From Ptychomitrium polyphyllum (lineage: Eukaryota): 64,000 bases of DNA. Where the stretch lies: the NCBI GenBank assembly GCA_973851085.1, contig OZ316775.1:434001-498000 (forward strand), written 5' to 3'. Below, piece by piece: positions 39,133 to 50,542 of this stretch (position 1 is its first letter; each line of letters begins with the position of its first letter). A model generated the notes under the pieces. That model saw nothing but the letters and a program-made list of their open reading frames with translations, made no database searches and was not told where the DNA came from. The translations under genes and the position numbers were made by a program.

Positions 39133-41520
39133 GACGACTATCAAGATATGTATGTTGTCGGAATGGAATGGAACGTCGCAGTAGGGAAATCGCGTGGCCG
39201 GAGGGCGAGCGAGTGGAAACGTAGAGGAGAGATATATGCGCGGCCTACAGGATTCGTCCTATCTAGGAAGTTCGACTAAAATGCGGAGCTCAAGCGTGGT
39301 AGGCGCACGCTTCAGCTCCAAGACCAGCTGGAGTACTGACGATAGAAAGGCCAACCCCAGCTGCATTATATGATTATATGATCCATGTTCCCAGAGTGCA
39401 GCTTAGAATTGTCCCTGGCGTGGCCTAGCCTGGCCCAGGCTCTGGCATGGGGTTGGGGGCTGGGTTGGCCGGCCGCTGGTGAATGCGCAGGGTGGAATCG
39501 TGAATACCTTGCACCGAGGCTTCACAGGAAGGAGTAGAAATTTCAATGTGCCCCCGGTAGGAATAGACGTACACATAGCCAGGATACTTTGGCGATGACG
39601 ACAAGCTCGTCAGCAGGGCTCGAAATATTTATGTGGCACGAAATAGATATTCGTGGAAACACCAGGTCAAACGAAGACCATAATCCTCGAGTTTTGTTGA
39701 AGGAGGAGCAGTAGTAGAAGTAGAGTAGCAGCAGCAGCAGTTGTAGTACAACTGCCTGCAGAGAAGGAAGTTGGTAAGAACGAGTGGCTGCAGTGAAAAG
39801 CAAACGAGCGAGGCTGCAGCAGGTGGCGATGAAACTTGTAGGGCAGTGGCGCAGTGGCGCAGTCGCGTGAACAAGGAGGGGGAATTGCCAGTGGTCACTG
39901 CCAAATTCGTCAAGGGCAGGGGAGCAGCGCCATGATCGGGTGGATGGAGCGCGACGAGGGTTGAAATTGTCGGAGTAGATTAGAGGCGTCAGGTCGGGCG
40001 TGTGCGGGGCTTGTGCTGCGGGTTGCGTCGTGTGCACGGCTTGTGCTGGAAAGCCGTGTCGCTTGCCAGAGCGCGTCTAAGGCTCGTGCTGGGACGACGC
40101 CTCACTTACAGGCTCGTCGCCCTAGTGCCCAATCTCGCTGCAGATCAGATCAGAATGGCCACTCACACTGACCAGGCCCAGATTCATCGATGTGCGTCGT
40201 CTTTATCGCCAGGTTGTTGCAACCTATGTTAATTATCTTTCTTGTCGATGACTCGGCTCAGTGGCTCACTCAGGCTGCAGCATGCGCCAAGCGACATGCT
40301 CCCTCCTTCCTTAACCCTACAGCAACTGTAGCATCTCATACTGGGTCAATCTCCACCCCTATTCATCCCCGCTAATTCAAGTCACTAACCCCACCCTACA
40401 AGGCTACGATATCACCTCCACTCCCTCTAACCCTCTAAAATAGAACAACTCATTATCTGGTCACAAACATTACATTTTACAAACATTATATAATTTTCAT
40501 CAATTTTTGCATGATTGAAAATGAGGTTTGAAATTTAATGCAATTATGACAAAATTTGAATTGATTATAAACATTTAAATAATATATTTGCTAAAGGCCA
40601 ATAACCACTACTAAATGAGCCTATTAACCATTCAAATAACAACTAGTAACCACTATATAATTGACTAAATCTTAATCAATAATTACCATGAATCAAACCA
40701 ATGTCCATCTCATTTTTTTATTAAACTAATGAAATATGCCTTTTCTTCCATTCCCACCATTCTATAATTCCAATTGCATACAATCTCAATTTATTACTAC
40801 CATACTTTCAAATTTAAAAGACCATTAAAAAAAATTTGATTTTTATTAATAAGGTAGAAATACCTATGCTTAGAATTAAAAACTTTAGAATCATAAGAAT
40901 GTCTTAAGTAAATTTTACCTTTGTTTTTTGAATTTTTATTTGTCTTTGATTGTCACGGACATAAATAATGCAACATAGTCCTTGGAACATTCTAAAAGCA
41001 ACATAGTCCTTGGAACATTCTAAAACATTCTAGTATACTATAATAGCTTCTTATAATACTTTTATAAATCTCCATAACCATTCCATATTTTTTGGAAGCT
41101 TCCTAGGAAAGTTCCTCCATCTTAGGAAACTTCCTGAGAAGGATCCATCATCTTAGGAAACTTCCTAAGAAGGCTCCACTACCTTAGGAAACTTCCAAGG
41201 AAGGTTCCAACTCCTTGGAAGACTCTTAGGAAGGTTTCAATATCTTAGGAAACTTCATGGGAAGGTTCCCTAGACTTCCAGAACATTCTTAGGCCTTGTA
41301 GGAAGCTTCTTTAGAAGTATCCTAGGAGATACAAGCGTCATAGTATAAATAGGAGGCAAGACAAGGTATTCCTTAGTCTTGCCAACACAAGTTGTGGATT
41401 ATCTTGAATCCTGCCTTGTTCTAATCTTTGTATCAAGTTCTTGTTAATCATTAGCTCTTTCGAAGCTAGTTCTTGGGAAACACTTCGTTTTTGCTTCTTG
41501 TTTCTTATGTCCCTAACAGT

Positions 41521-41532
41521 TTGGCAAGACTA
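41521..41532 (+). promoter_or_regulatory. Primer-binding site complementary to the element's own LTR (self-priming type)
   Basis: TTGGCAAGACTA, 2 nt after the LTR end, is the exact reverse complement of TAGTCTTGCCAA at 41374-41385, 30 nt downstream of the start of TATAAATA (41344). Confidence 0.8.
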
Positions 41533-41753
41533 CTCTTCATCTTTGTCAGACCTAAGGTTCTTTGAAGAAGATTGTAGATTACCCATCTTCTTGAGGATTC
41601 CATAGCGTCTTAGAGGTTACGGATTACCCTCCTCTAAGCTGGCACCATAGAGTTGGTTTCTCCTTCTATAACTAAGTATTACTTCTTTCAAAGGACGTGG
41701 ATTTTTCTCCTTTGAAGATATTCATAGTCTTTCTGTCTTTGAGAGTCTTAAAA

Positions 41754-42773
41754 ATGGATAACGTGCCTGAAACATCAGAGAATAGGTTTGCAACTATTGC
41801 AGACCTTCAAGAGTTATTAAACACAGTTCGAACGGAACTCGTCCATTTTAATACCACCAACAATTTGGAGCAACATACTCGGCAAGCTGAAGAATCCAAT
41901 GGTGATATTCAAAACCTATATCAAGAGGTTGTTCGATTGCGAGAGGCCAATATTGGAAGGGAAGGCTTACATCGAACCCATGCAGAGCCAAACATTAGCA
42001 TGCCAGACAAGTTCGATGGATCAAGATCAAAATTGAGAGGCTTTGTTCAACAAGTAAGACTCTTCCTTAGTTTGCATCAATCTTGTTATCCTGATGGCAC
42101 AATTCAAGTGGCATTTGTGGCCACTCTTTTATCAAACAATGCACTATCGTGGTTTGTATCCCTAATAGAGAAGCAGTCATCATTATTGAACAACTTAGCT
42201 GCTTTCATAGAAGCATTGACATCTACTTTTGGAGACACCGACCGAGAAAGGGTGGTTGAAATAAGGATCCAGAGTCTCCAACAAGGACAGCACTCAGCTG
42301 CTACATATGCTGCAGAGTTTTGACAATTAGCTTGCGACCTTGATTGGAATGATAAAGCCTTGGTCACACAATTTTGATGAGACTTAAGAGAGAATGTAAA
42401 AGACTTGCTACTCACAATGCCAAGAGTTGAAACATTGGACGAATTCATCACTCAAGCAATAGCATGTGACAATAGACTATTTGAGAGGCGCCAAGAACAA
42501 CGCTTGGGATGGCGACCAGTACATCAAAGCATGGCTACCACTTCTTCAAGAGTATTGGAAAATCGACCACAAGGACCAGAACCTATGCAAATTGATGCTG
42601 CCCAGTTCAAATGTTTAACTTCAGAAGAAAAAGAAAGGCGTCGAAGAGAAAACCTATGTTTGTATTGTGGCAAGTCTGGACATAAAATGCACGATTGCCA
42701 AATCAAAGGATCTGCCTTTAAAGCTCAAAGCACAATGGTGGAGTTGGAAAACGAGGCTGTCCAGTCACAGTAG
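41754..42773 (+). pseudogene. Family B gag, copy 2
   Basis: Same as copy 1; CCHC zinc knuckle; in-frame TGA stops. Confidence 0.93.
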
Positions 42774-42791
42774 GAACCATGCGACTGGACA
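42746..42791 (+). promoter_or_regulatory. Putative -1 ribosomal frameshift signal at gag-pol junction
   Basis: G_GAA_AAC heptamer in gag frame, 5-6 nt spacer, stem TGTCCAGTC...GACTGGACA; the -1 frame is open into protease. Confidence 0.75.
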
Positions 42792-45700
42792 CCACAAGGA
42801 AACCACCATCAAATCAAGATCTCTTACTACCTTCAAACCCTGCCTCTTGTTTTACATTTTCTACCAAAATTAAATTATTAGATGATGAAATAATTAGTGA
42901 GGCTCTCTTAGACACTGGTGCAACGGCATGTTTTATGGACAAGGATTTTGCAACCAAACATCACATAGTGCTTGTGAAGAAAAAATACCCCGCACCTGTT
43001 GAAGTTATTGATGGACGATCTCTTGCGTCTGGCAACGTTATTGAAGAAATTCAACCATTGGAGGTTGTTTTAAGAGACCAGGCATCTAAAATTGTCTTCA
43101 ACATCATTCAATACCAAACGAATCCTATTGTTTTGGACCTTCCTTGGTTTGAATTATATAATCCAGACATTGACTGGCGCTCACCGAACGTGGTCTCGAG
43201 GAAAAGACGCCAAGGTACAAGAAATCTTAGACCATCATTTATTAAAGCTAAAGCATTTATGAGAGCGGCAAAGGATGAACTAGTCTATGCCATTTATGCC
43301 ACGCCAATGTCTAGCTCTACAATAGAGACTAATCAAAACATACCTCGTCAATATCAAGATTATAAAGACGTTTTTTAAAAGAAGAATGCGGACGTGTTAC
43401 CAAAGCACCGACCTTACAATTGTACCATTGAGTTGCAAGAAGGAGCCCAACCACCTTTTGGACCTATTTATAACTTATCACAAACTGAGTTGGCAGCCTT
43501 GAGAGAATATATTGATGAAAACCTTGGAAAGGGTTTCATTCAACACTCTAAATCACCTGCTCGAGCACCCATTCTGTTTGTAAAGAAGAAAGATGGATTA
43601 TTACGTATGTGCGTGGATTATTGAGGCCTCAATAAAGTAACAAAAAAGAATCGCTATCCATTACCATTAATCTCATGATTCCTACAACAACTTGGCCAAG
43701 CAAAGATATTCACCAAAATCGATCTTAGAGGAGCCTACAATCTTGTACGCATCAAAGAAGGAGATGAATGGAAGACAGCTTTTTGATCTAGGTATGGTCA
43801 TTTTAAATACAATGTCATGCCTTTTGGCCTTACTAATGCTCCCGCAATCTTTCAACAAATGATGAATGATATCTTCCGTGAACATTTGGACAATTTTACA
43901 GTCACCTACTTAAATGATATTTTGATATATTCAAAAGATGAACAAAATCACAAATGTCATGTGCGACTGGTTTTAGAAAAACTACGCCAGCGAGGATTAT
44001 ATGCCAAATTGGAGAAGTGCCTTTTCCATGAATCATCGGTTGAATTTTTAGGCTACATCATTTCCAAAGGAGGAATCCATATGGATAAGGAAAAAATAAG
44101 CATTGTCATGGAGTGGAGTACGCCAAGATCAATTCAAGATATTCAATGCTTCTAAGGATTTGCAAACTTCTACAGAATATTCATCAAGAATTATTCCAAA
44201 ATTGCGGCACCATTAACACGTCTTACGAGGAAGCAAGAATTCATTTTGGGATGAAGAAGCGGAAAAAGCATTTCAAAGTCTTAAGAAGTCATTCACATCG
44301 GCTCCAATTCTTATTCATCCAAATCCATCAAAGCCTTTTTATTTGGAAGCAGATGCCTCAGATTTTGCGCTTGGCTCAGTACTCTCACAATATGATGAAG
44401 ACGAGAGACTTCGCCCTCTTGTCTTTCGTTCAAGGAAGTTCTCAGCGGCAGAGATCAACTATGATATACATGATAAAGAACTACTTACAATTGTGGATGC
44501 GTTTGAAGAATGGCGACAGTTATTGAAAGGAGCTCAACATACCATCACGATATACACAGACCACAAGAACTTGGAATATTTCATGAGTGCACGCGTTTTG
44601 AATCGCCGTCAAGCAAGGTGGAATATGTCGCTTTCCAAATTTGACTTTGTCATTACCTATCGATCTGGTAGCTTGCAAAGTAAGCCAGATGCCTTATCTC
44701 AAAGATCTTATTTAACTCCTCAATCTAGAGATGATGTTTTGAATCAACAAAGGACTATTTTATTGAAGCCTGAGAATCTTCAATTGAAAGCAGCCATTAT
44801 TACAACAACATCCCATTTTGACAAAATTCGGAAGGCTTTAAAGAATGACGTCTTTGTTTCAAATATAAAAAAGCGCCTCAAAAACAATGAAAATCTTTCA
44901 AATAACAATGAGGATTTTGAATTCCAAGAGAGCCTACTTTATTATAAAGGACTTTTGTACCTACCTCCAGGCCCTTTGCGATTGAAGATCCTTCAAGCAC
45001 TTCATGATTTTCCAACAGCAAGACATTTTGGATTCAATGAAACAATGGAATTGATTGCTAGAGACTATTGGTGGCCACAAATGTGGAAGTACGTGAAGGA
45101 CTTTATTCGATCATGCGACACTTGTGCAAGAGCCAAGGTACCAAGGCACCAACCTCATGGTCTCCTCCATCCGCTTCCAGTGCCAAAGGGCCCATGGCTG
45201 TCTTTATCAATGGATTTTATCACGGACCTTCCAAATTCCGAATCTAAGGATTTTATTTTGGTAGTGGTAGATCGATTTACCAAAATGGCACATTTCATTC
45301 CATGCAACAAGACGGCAACGGGAGAAGAAACTGCCAAGTTGTTCCTAAATCACGTCTATTGCATATATGGACTACCAGATGATATTGTATCCGATCGAGG
45401 GCCGCAGTTTAGTTCCAACTTTTGGAGGGCTCTATTCCAGCTGTTGCAAGTAAAGACCAATCTTTCTTCAGCACACCATCCACAAACTGATGGCCAAATC
45501 GAACGTGTAAATCAAATTTTGGAGCAGTACCTTCGTTGTAGTATAAACTACCAGCAAGACAACTGGATGGATCTCTTGCTTTTGGCAGAATTTGCTTACA
45601 ACAATATGGTGCATTTTTCAACAACTCAAAGTCCATTCTTTGCAAACTATGGGCATCATCCTCGAACAGATCCATTTCAAGTGAAGCATGTTGGAAGCCC

Positions 45701-46259
45701 TGCAGCAAAGGATTTTGCAATTCAACTTGCTAAAATCCATCAAGAAATTACCTTCCAATTACAACAAGCTCAAGATTGTTACAAAACTAATGCAGATCGC
45801 CATCAAAAGGACCATCCAAAGTTCAAGGTTGGAGATAGCGTATGGCTCCTACGACAAAATATACAGACAAAAAGACCATCAAAGAAGTTGGACTATCAAA
45901 GGCTGGGACCGTTTGAAATGAGCAAACAAATAAATCCGGTTAGTTATCGCCTAAAGCTACCACCAAGCATGCAAATTCATCCAGTATTCCACATATTGTT
46001 GTTGGAAAGCTATAACAAATCATGTATACCAGAGAGAATTGTCCCTCCGCCTCCTTCGTTGGAAATCAATAATGAAATTGAATATGAAGTGGAAGAGATC
46101 TTAGATTCACGCATCAAGAACGGACGTGTGGAGTACCTTATACATTGGCAAGGATATGGCATCAATGACCGAACATGGGAACCTTTAACGAATGTAACAA
46201 ATGCATCTGAGAAGGTACGCAAATTTCATCAAAGATATCCTCAGAAATCATGTCAGTAA
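42752..46259 (+). pseudogene. Family B pol (PR-RT-RH-INT-chromodomain), copy 2
   Basis: Same lesions as copy 1 (YLND, stops, frameshift before RNase H); 638-aa RH-INT-chromo stretch intact. Confidence 0.95.
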
Positions 46260-46858
46260 TGATGTATCATCAGCAGTCGTTAGCTTCACAGAGAAGTTTT
46301 TCCTTCATAAACAAGTATGAGAAGGGAGGAGAGATATCCAAACCTCCAATTGTATGCAGTATTATTTCCAAGATAGATCATTTCTAGATCCTAGCTAGTA
46401 TGTCAAATCTTTGTATTATCATGGATATGCGTGAAGAACAGTCGGCCATGCCTTCATCAACAACAGCATCTGTTGAGCCAACTTAACTTTCTCAGCCCTC
46501 GGTAACGGAGGATCTAAATCAAGATATGGAAGAAACATCCCAACGTCGAGTACGACCTCGTGCAGAAGTATTGACTAGTTGCCCTTCACATTCCAGTCTT
46601 GATTCAGATGCTTGCGCTCTAGTCATCTTGTTAGAAATTGGAAGAGTCACTCTTGGAGGATCCAAAATCTTGTTTGGAAATTGTTTCGAAGGACATAATC
46701 AAGATCAGATCTTGGGATGGAACATTTCAATAACACAAGTCTTTGCCGGTGGCCATTGGTGCTTCTTGCAAGGACTAGTTGAACCAATGAACAATGAACA
46801 ACGAGTTGAGTATATTGCTTCACTGCTTCGACAAATTTTGGAATTTGTAGAAATGTGA
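46259..46858 (+). pseudogene. Putative third ORF (unknown protein) of family B, copy 2
   Basis: ATG overlaps the pol stop (TAATG); 200 codons with only TAG at 46385 and TAA at 46484, each one C-to-T change from Gln; C-terminal similarity to the family A ORF. Confidence 0.62.
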
Positions 46859-47515
46859 TAAGCAAGCCAAGAAAAAAGCTCCTCATGGGACTCGTTGCTA
46901 AATGGGGAAGTGATGTCACGGACATAGATCATGCAACATAGTCTTCAGAACATTTTAAAACCTTCTAGTATGCTATAATAGCTTCTTATAATACTTTTAG
47001 ATGTCTCCATAATCTTTCCATGTTTTTAGGAAGCTTCCTAGGAAAGTTCCTCCACCTTAGCAAATTTCCTAGGAAGGTTCTATTATCTTAGGTAACTTCC
47101 TAGGAAGGTTCCATCATCTTAGGTAATTTCCTAAGAAGGTTCTATTCTTTTAGGAAACTTCCTAAGAAGATTCCGCTACCTTTGGAAACTTCCAAGGAAG
47201 GTTCCAACTCCTTGGAAGACTCTTAGGAAGGTTCCAATATCTTAGGAAACTTCTTGGGAAGGTTCCCTAGACTTCCAGAACATTCGTACGCCTTGTAGGA
47301 AGCTTTTTAAGAAGTATCCTAGGAGATACAAGTGTTATAGTATAAATAGGAGGCAAGACAAGGTGTTCCTTAGTTTTGCCAACACAAATTGTGGATCATC
47401 TTGAATCCTGCCTTGTTCTAATCTTTGTATCAAGTTCTTGTTAATCATTAGCTCTTTGGAAGCTAGTTCTTGGGAAACACTTCGTTTCTGCTTCTTGTTT
47501 CTTGTGTCTGTAACA

Positions 47516-50500
47516 GATAGGAGCTGTAGTAAAAGCTTGTTTCAAATTTTGGAATGCATCTTCAACATTGGATCTCCACTCAAGTTTTTCCTTGTATGTT
47601 AGCTGCAAGAGTGGTGTAATTGTTTGAGAATAGTCTTTATGAAGATCCTATAGAAATTTGCAAATCCGAAAAAACATTAGACATCATGTATTGATTTTGG
47701 CCTTGTCCAATTGCTATTTGTTTTGACCTTCTTTGGATCCATCAATAGTCCTTTATTAGAGATGATATATCCAAGGAATTCTACTTGAAGTTTGTGGAAA
47801 ATACATTCCTCCATTTTGGCATACAAACCGACATTTTGTACCTTTTATAAGAGTATGTTATTCATATTCCTCTAGATTCTTTGAATAGATCAAGATATCA
47901 TTCAAAAAACATACAACAAAACCATTGTGGCACTCCCAAAATATGTCATTCATCAAGTGCTAAAAAATGTCAAGAACGTTGGTGAGTTCAAAAGACATGA
48001 CATCATAATCAAAATGTCCATACCTTGTTTGAAAAGTTATCTTCCATTTGTCTCCTTAGTTTATGTGCATTAAATTATAGATTCTTGCAGGTCTATTTTG
48101 GTATAGATATTTGCTTGATCAAGTTGATTTCAAATTCCAAATATGAGCGACAATGGATATCAATTTTCCACACCATCATCTTCTTGAAGCCGTAGTAATT
48201 GACAGACATTTTTAAAGTTTCAACTTTCTTCTTTATAAAAAGTATGAGAGCACCAACATGAGACTTTAAATATTGAATAAAGTTCTTGATTAAGTTTTCA
48301 TCAATATACTTCCTCACTAATATAAGCTTGTTTTGGGATATATTATAAATAGATTCAAATGGTGGCTTGGCGTCATTTTGGAGGTCTATAGCACAATTGT
48401 AAGGAAGGTGTTCTGGTAGGATGTCTGCATTTTTCTTTTCAAATACATCGTTGAACTTCTTGTATTTTTCTGGAATTATCAAGGATGAAGCCACAATTTC
48501 GGACGTTGAAATTGCATACACAAGAAAAGAGCATTAGTCTTTGTTGTTCTCATAAATGCTCCAGCTCCAATGAAGAGAGGCTTTATGATTTTAGATCTAT
48601 AAGATGCTTCAGCTTCCTTGGTAGGCTTAGTAGTTGTAGATTCTAATAATGGAAATTCTATTTTGCGAGATGCCCAATCTATCTACTGGTTGTATTTTTT
48701 AAGCCAAACAAGCCCTAAAATGATGGAACTTGATGGAGACCTAATGACATTAAATATCACTTGGCTACTAGAATTGTCCAATGTTATTGTTATTGGATTG
48801 GTCTCATGTATAATATCTCCGGAAGATAACGGTCAACCATCTATGACGTCTACATGGACGGGTTTGGATTTTCTAATAGAAAGAAACTTATAGATTTTCA
48901 TAAATTCTTTGTCAAAAAAGCAAGCAAAGGCTCTTGAATTTATTAGAGCAAAGCTTTTGAGCTTCTGAACACCTAAACAAACAGGTATAGTAAAACAAGA
49001 AGATGGATGGGCTGATAGAACAAGACTTTTGTTTTCTTGCAAAAAAAGCGGATTTAGCCGCATAATCCCTATTGTGGCTAGACGTTCTTGTTTTTTTGCA
49101 AAATATTTGGCATTGTAATTGTACCTCTCATCCAATATGTATATAGAGGTTTCTCTAAGCAATTATCAAATTTGTGGTTAGATTTTCCACAGTACAAAGA
49201 CAACCTTTGCTCCCTTTGCCGCTTCTTCTCATGTTCGGTAAAGAATTTGAAGTGAACCGCATCAATCTGCATGGCTTCCGCTTCCAAATACTTATAAGAA
49301 ATAGACAGAGATGCAGCTATTAAAAAGTTGGTATATGGCCGAGGCATAATGAAAGTTTGTTTATCTTGTCGACGTTGAAATAGACAATTATTGCACTTTA
49401 AAGCTTGGCTGATGGCCTCATCAAGTGTTTGGAGGTCAGGCATGGATAGCAATAACTCTTTAACCTCGTTGCATATGCCCCAATGAAATTGACTCATCAA
49501 CGCTTCTTTTCCTTAATTCATGTCGCATGCAAGTTGTTGAAATTTCAATGCATAAATTGATATAGAACGTGGTTCTTGGCTCAAGCCACGAATCTTAGCA
49601 GTTGCAAAACGAAGCTTGTTATGGTCACCAAATGCTTCTACAAATGCAGCTAGGAACGCATCAAAGTTGCAAAATATGGAAGAATACTTCTCAAAAAGTG
49701 GTGCAAACTAGAACAATGTTTATTCTAATAGGAACGTTCTTAATAAACCAACACGCAAAGCGTCTGTAGGATATTGTTGAGGTTGAAGCAAGATAACAAG
49801 TTGAACTTGGTTTACAAAGCCTTGAAATTTTGAACACGTACCATCAAACTTCTCCGGAAGGCTGATTCTTGGTTCTTTGGTTGTTGGCATTGAATTCTTA
49901 AATTGAACTTGTCCGTCATCTATCAAATTAGGGTTAGACAATGAAGCACCTAAGTTGACTTAGGATAGCAACTACGATGCTTCTGCTCTTTAATCATTGT
50001 ATATGGTCATATATAGTTCTTTGTTTTGCTTGAATAAAGCCTTGGTCTTGATACTCAATGCTTTAAAGGCATTGATAATGGAATCTAACTTTGTTTCTTT
50101 TTAATCAATCATATTGACTTTTTCACCCCTTGGCATAAAAATGAAGTGGGAATAGATAAAAACTGCTAACTATGCAAGAAACCAAAGACAATTCAAGAGG
50201 AAATATTAGTCCAGAGGAAGATAATCTGCAATCCCTACAGTGCTATAGTGCTTTCGAGAAAGAAGGGTGATCCGCTTTCTATCTAGAAAGACCAAGCTTT
50301 GATATTGTTGTGTGACATTCTCGACAAACTGTTACAGACAAAGTAACCACAAGACAAGGCTTTCAGGATTCTAAGATGTGGAATAAGATAAGTCCAAATA
50401 CATTAGAAATAAAGAGCTACAAGAAAGTACAAAAGACAAGGCTAGCAGGTCTGAACTAAACCACAAGAGATACATTGTCGAGACTAAAGAGTTCTTCCGC

Positions 50501-50542
50501 CTCGGCTCTTATATATATTAAAATTATAAGCCTTGAAAACTT
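47516..50542 (-). mobile_element. Duplicated 5' fragment of family A element (partial LTR, gag, PR, RT)
   Basis: Reverse complement of 1298-4324; truncated inside the LTR. Confidence 0.95.

Larger units (their letters stand above)
40951..47515 (+). mobile_element. Family B chromovirus, copy 2 (part of an inverted segmental duplication)
   Basis: LTRs 40951-41518 and 46914-47515; near-identical reverse complement of 4325-10842 with the same stops and frameshifts; flanks TTGAT and GATAG do not form a TSD. Confidence 0.96.
41029..50542. repeat. 9.5-kb inverted duplicate of 1298-10842
   Basis: Paired ORF coordinates sum to 51840 (e.g. 5581+46259); one 31-bp LTR repeat-unit indel and a few transitions distinguish the copies. 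Confidence 0.97.

Noticed and set aside
39543..40037. 164-aa ORF upstream of NAS as a second transferred gene
   Set aside because: GTG start, low-complexity content, no recognisable motif; more likely promoter or UTR.
46647..46925. Antisense ORF in the 3' region of family B
   Set aside because: Cross-family similarity and synonymous changes favour the sense frame; the antisense frame is truncated in the 50921-51151 copy.
40951..47515. Copy 2 as a fresh retrotransposition or active element
   Set aside because: Shares all inactivating mutations, keeps non-identical LTRs, lacks a TSD and carries host flank.
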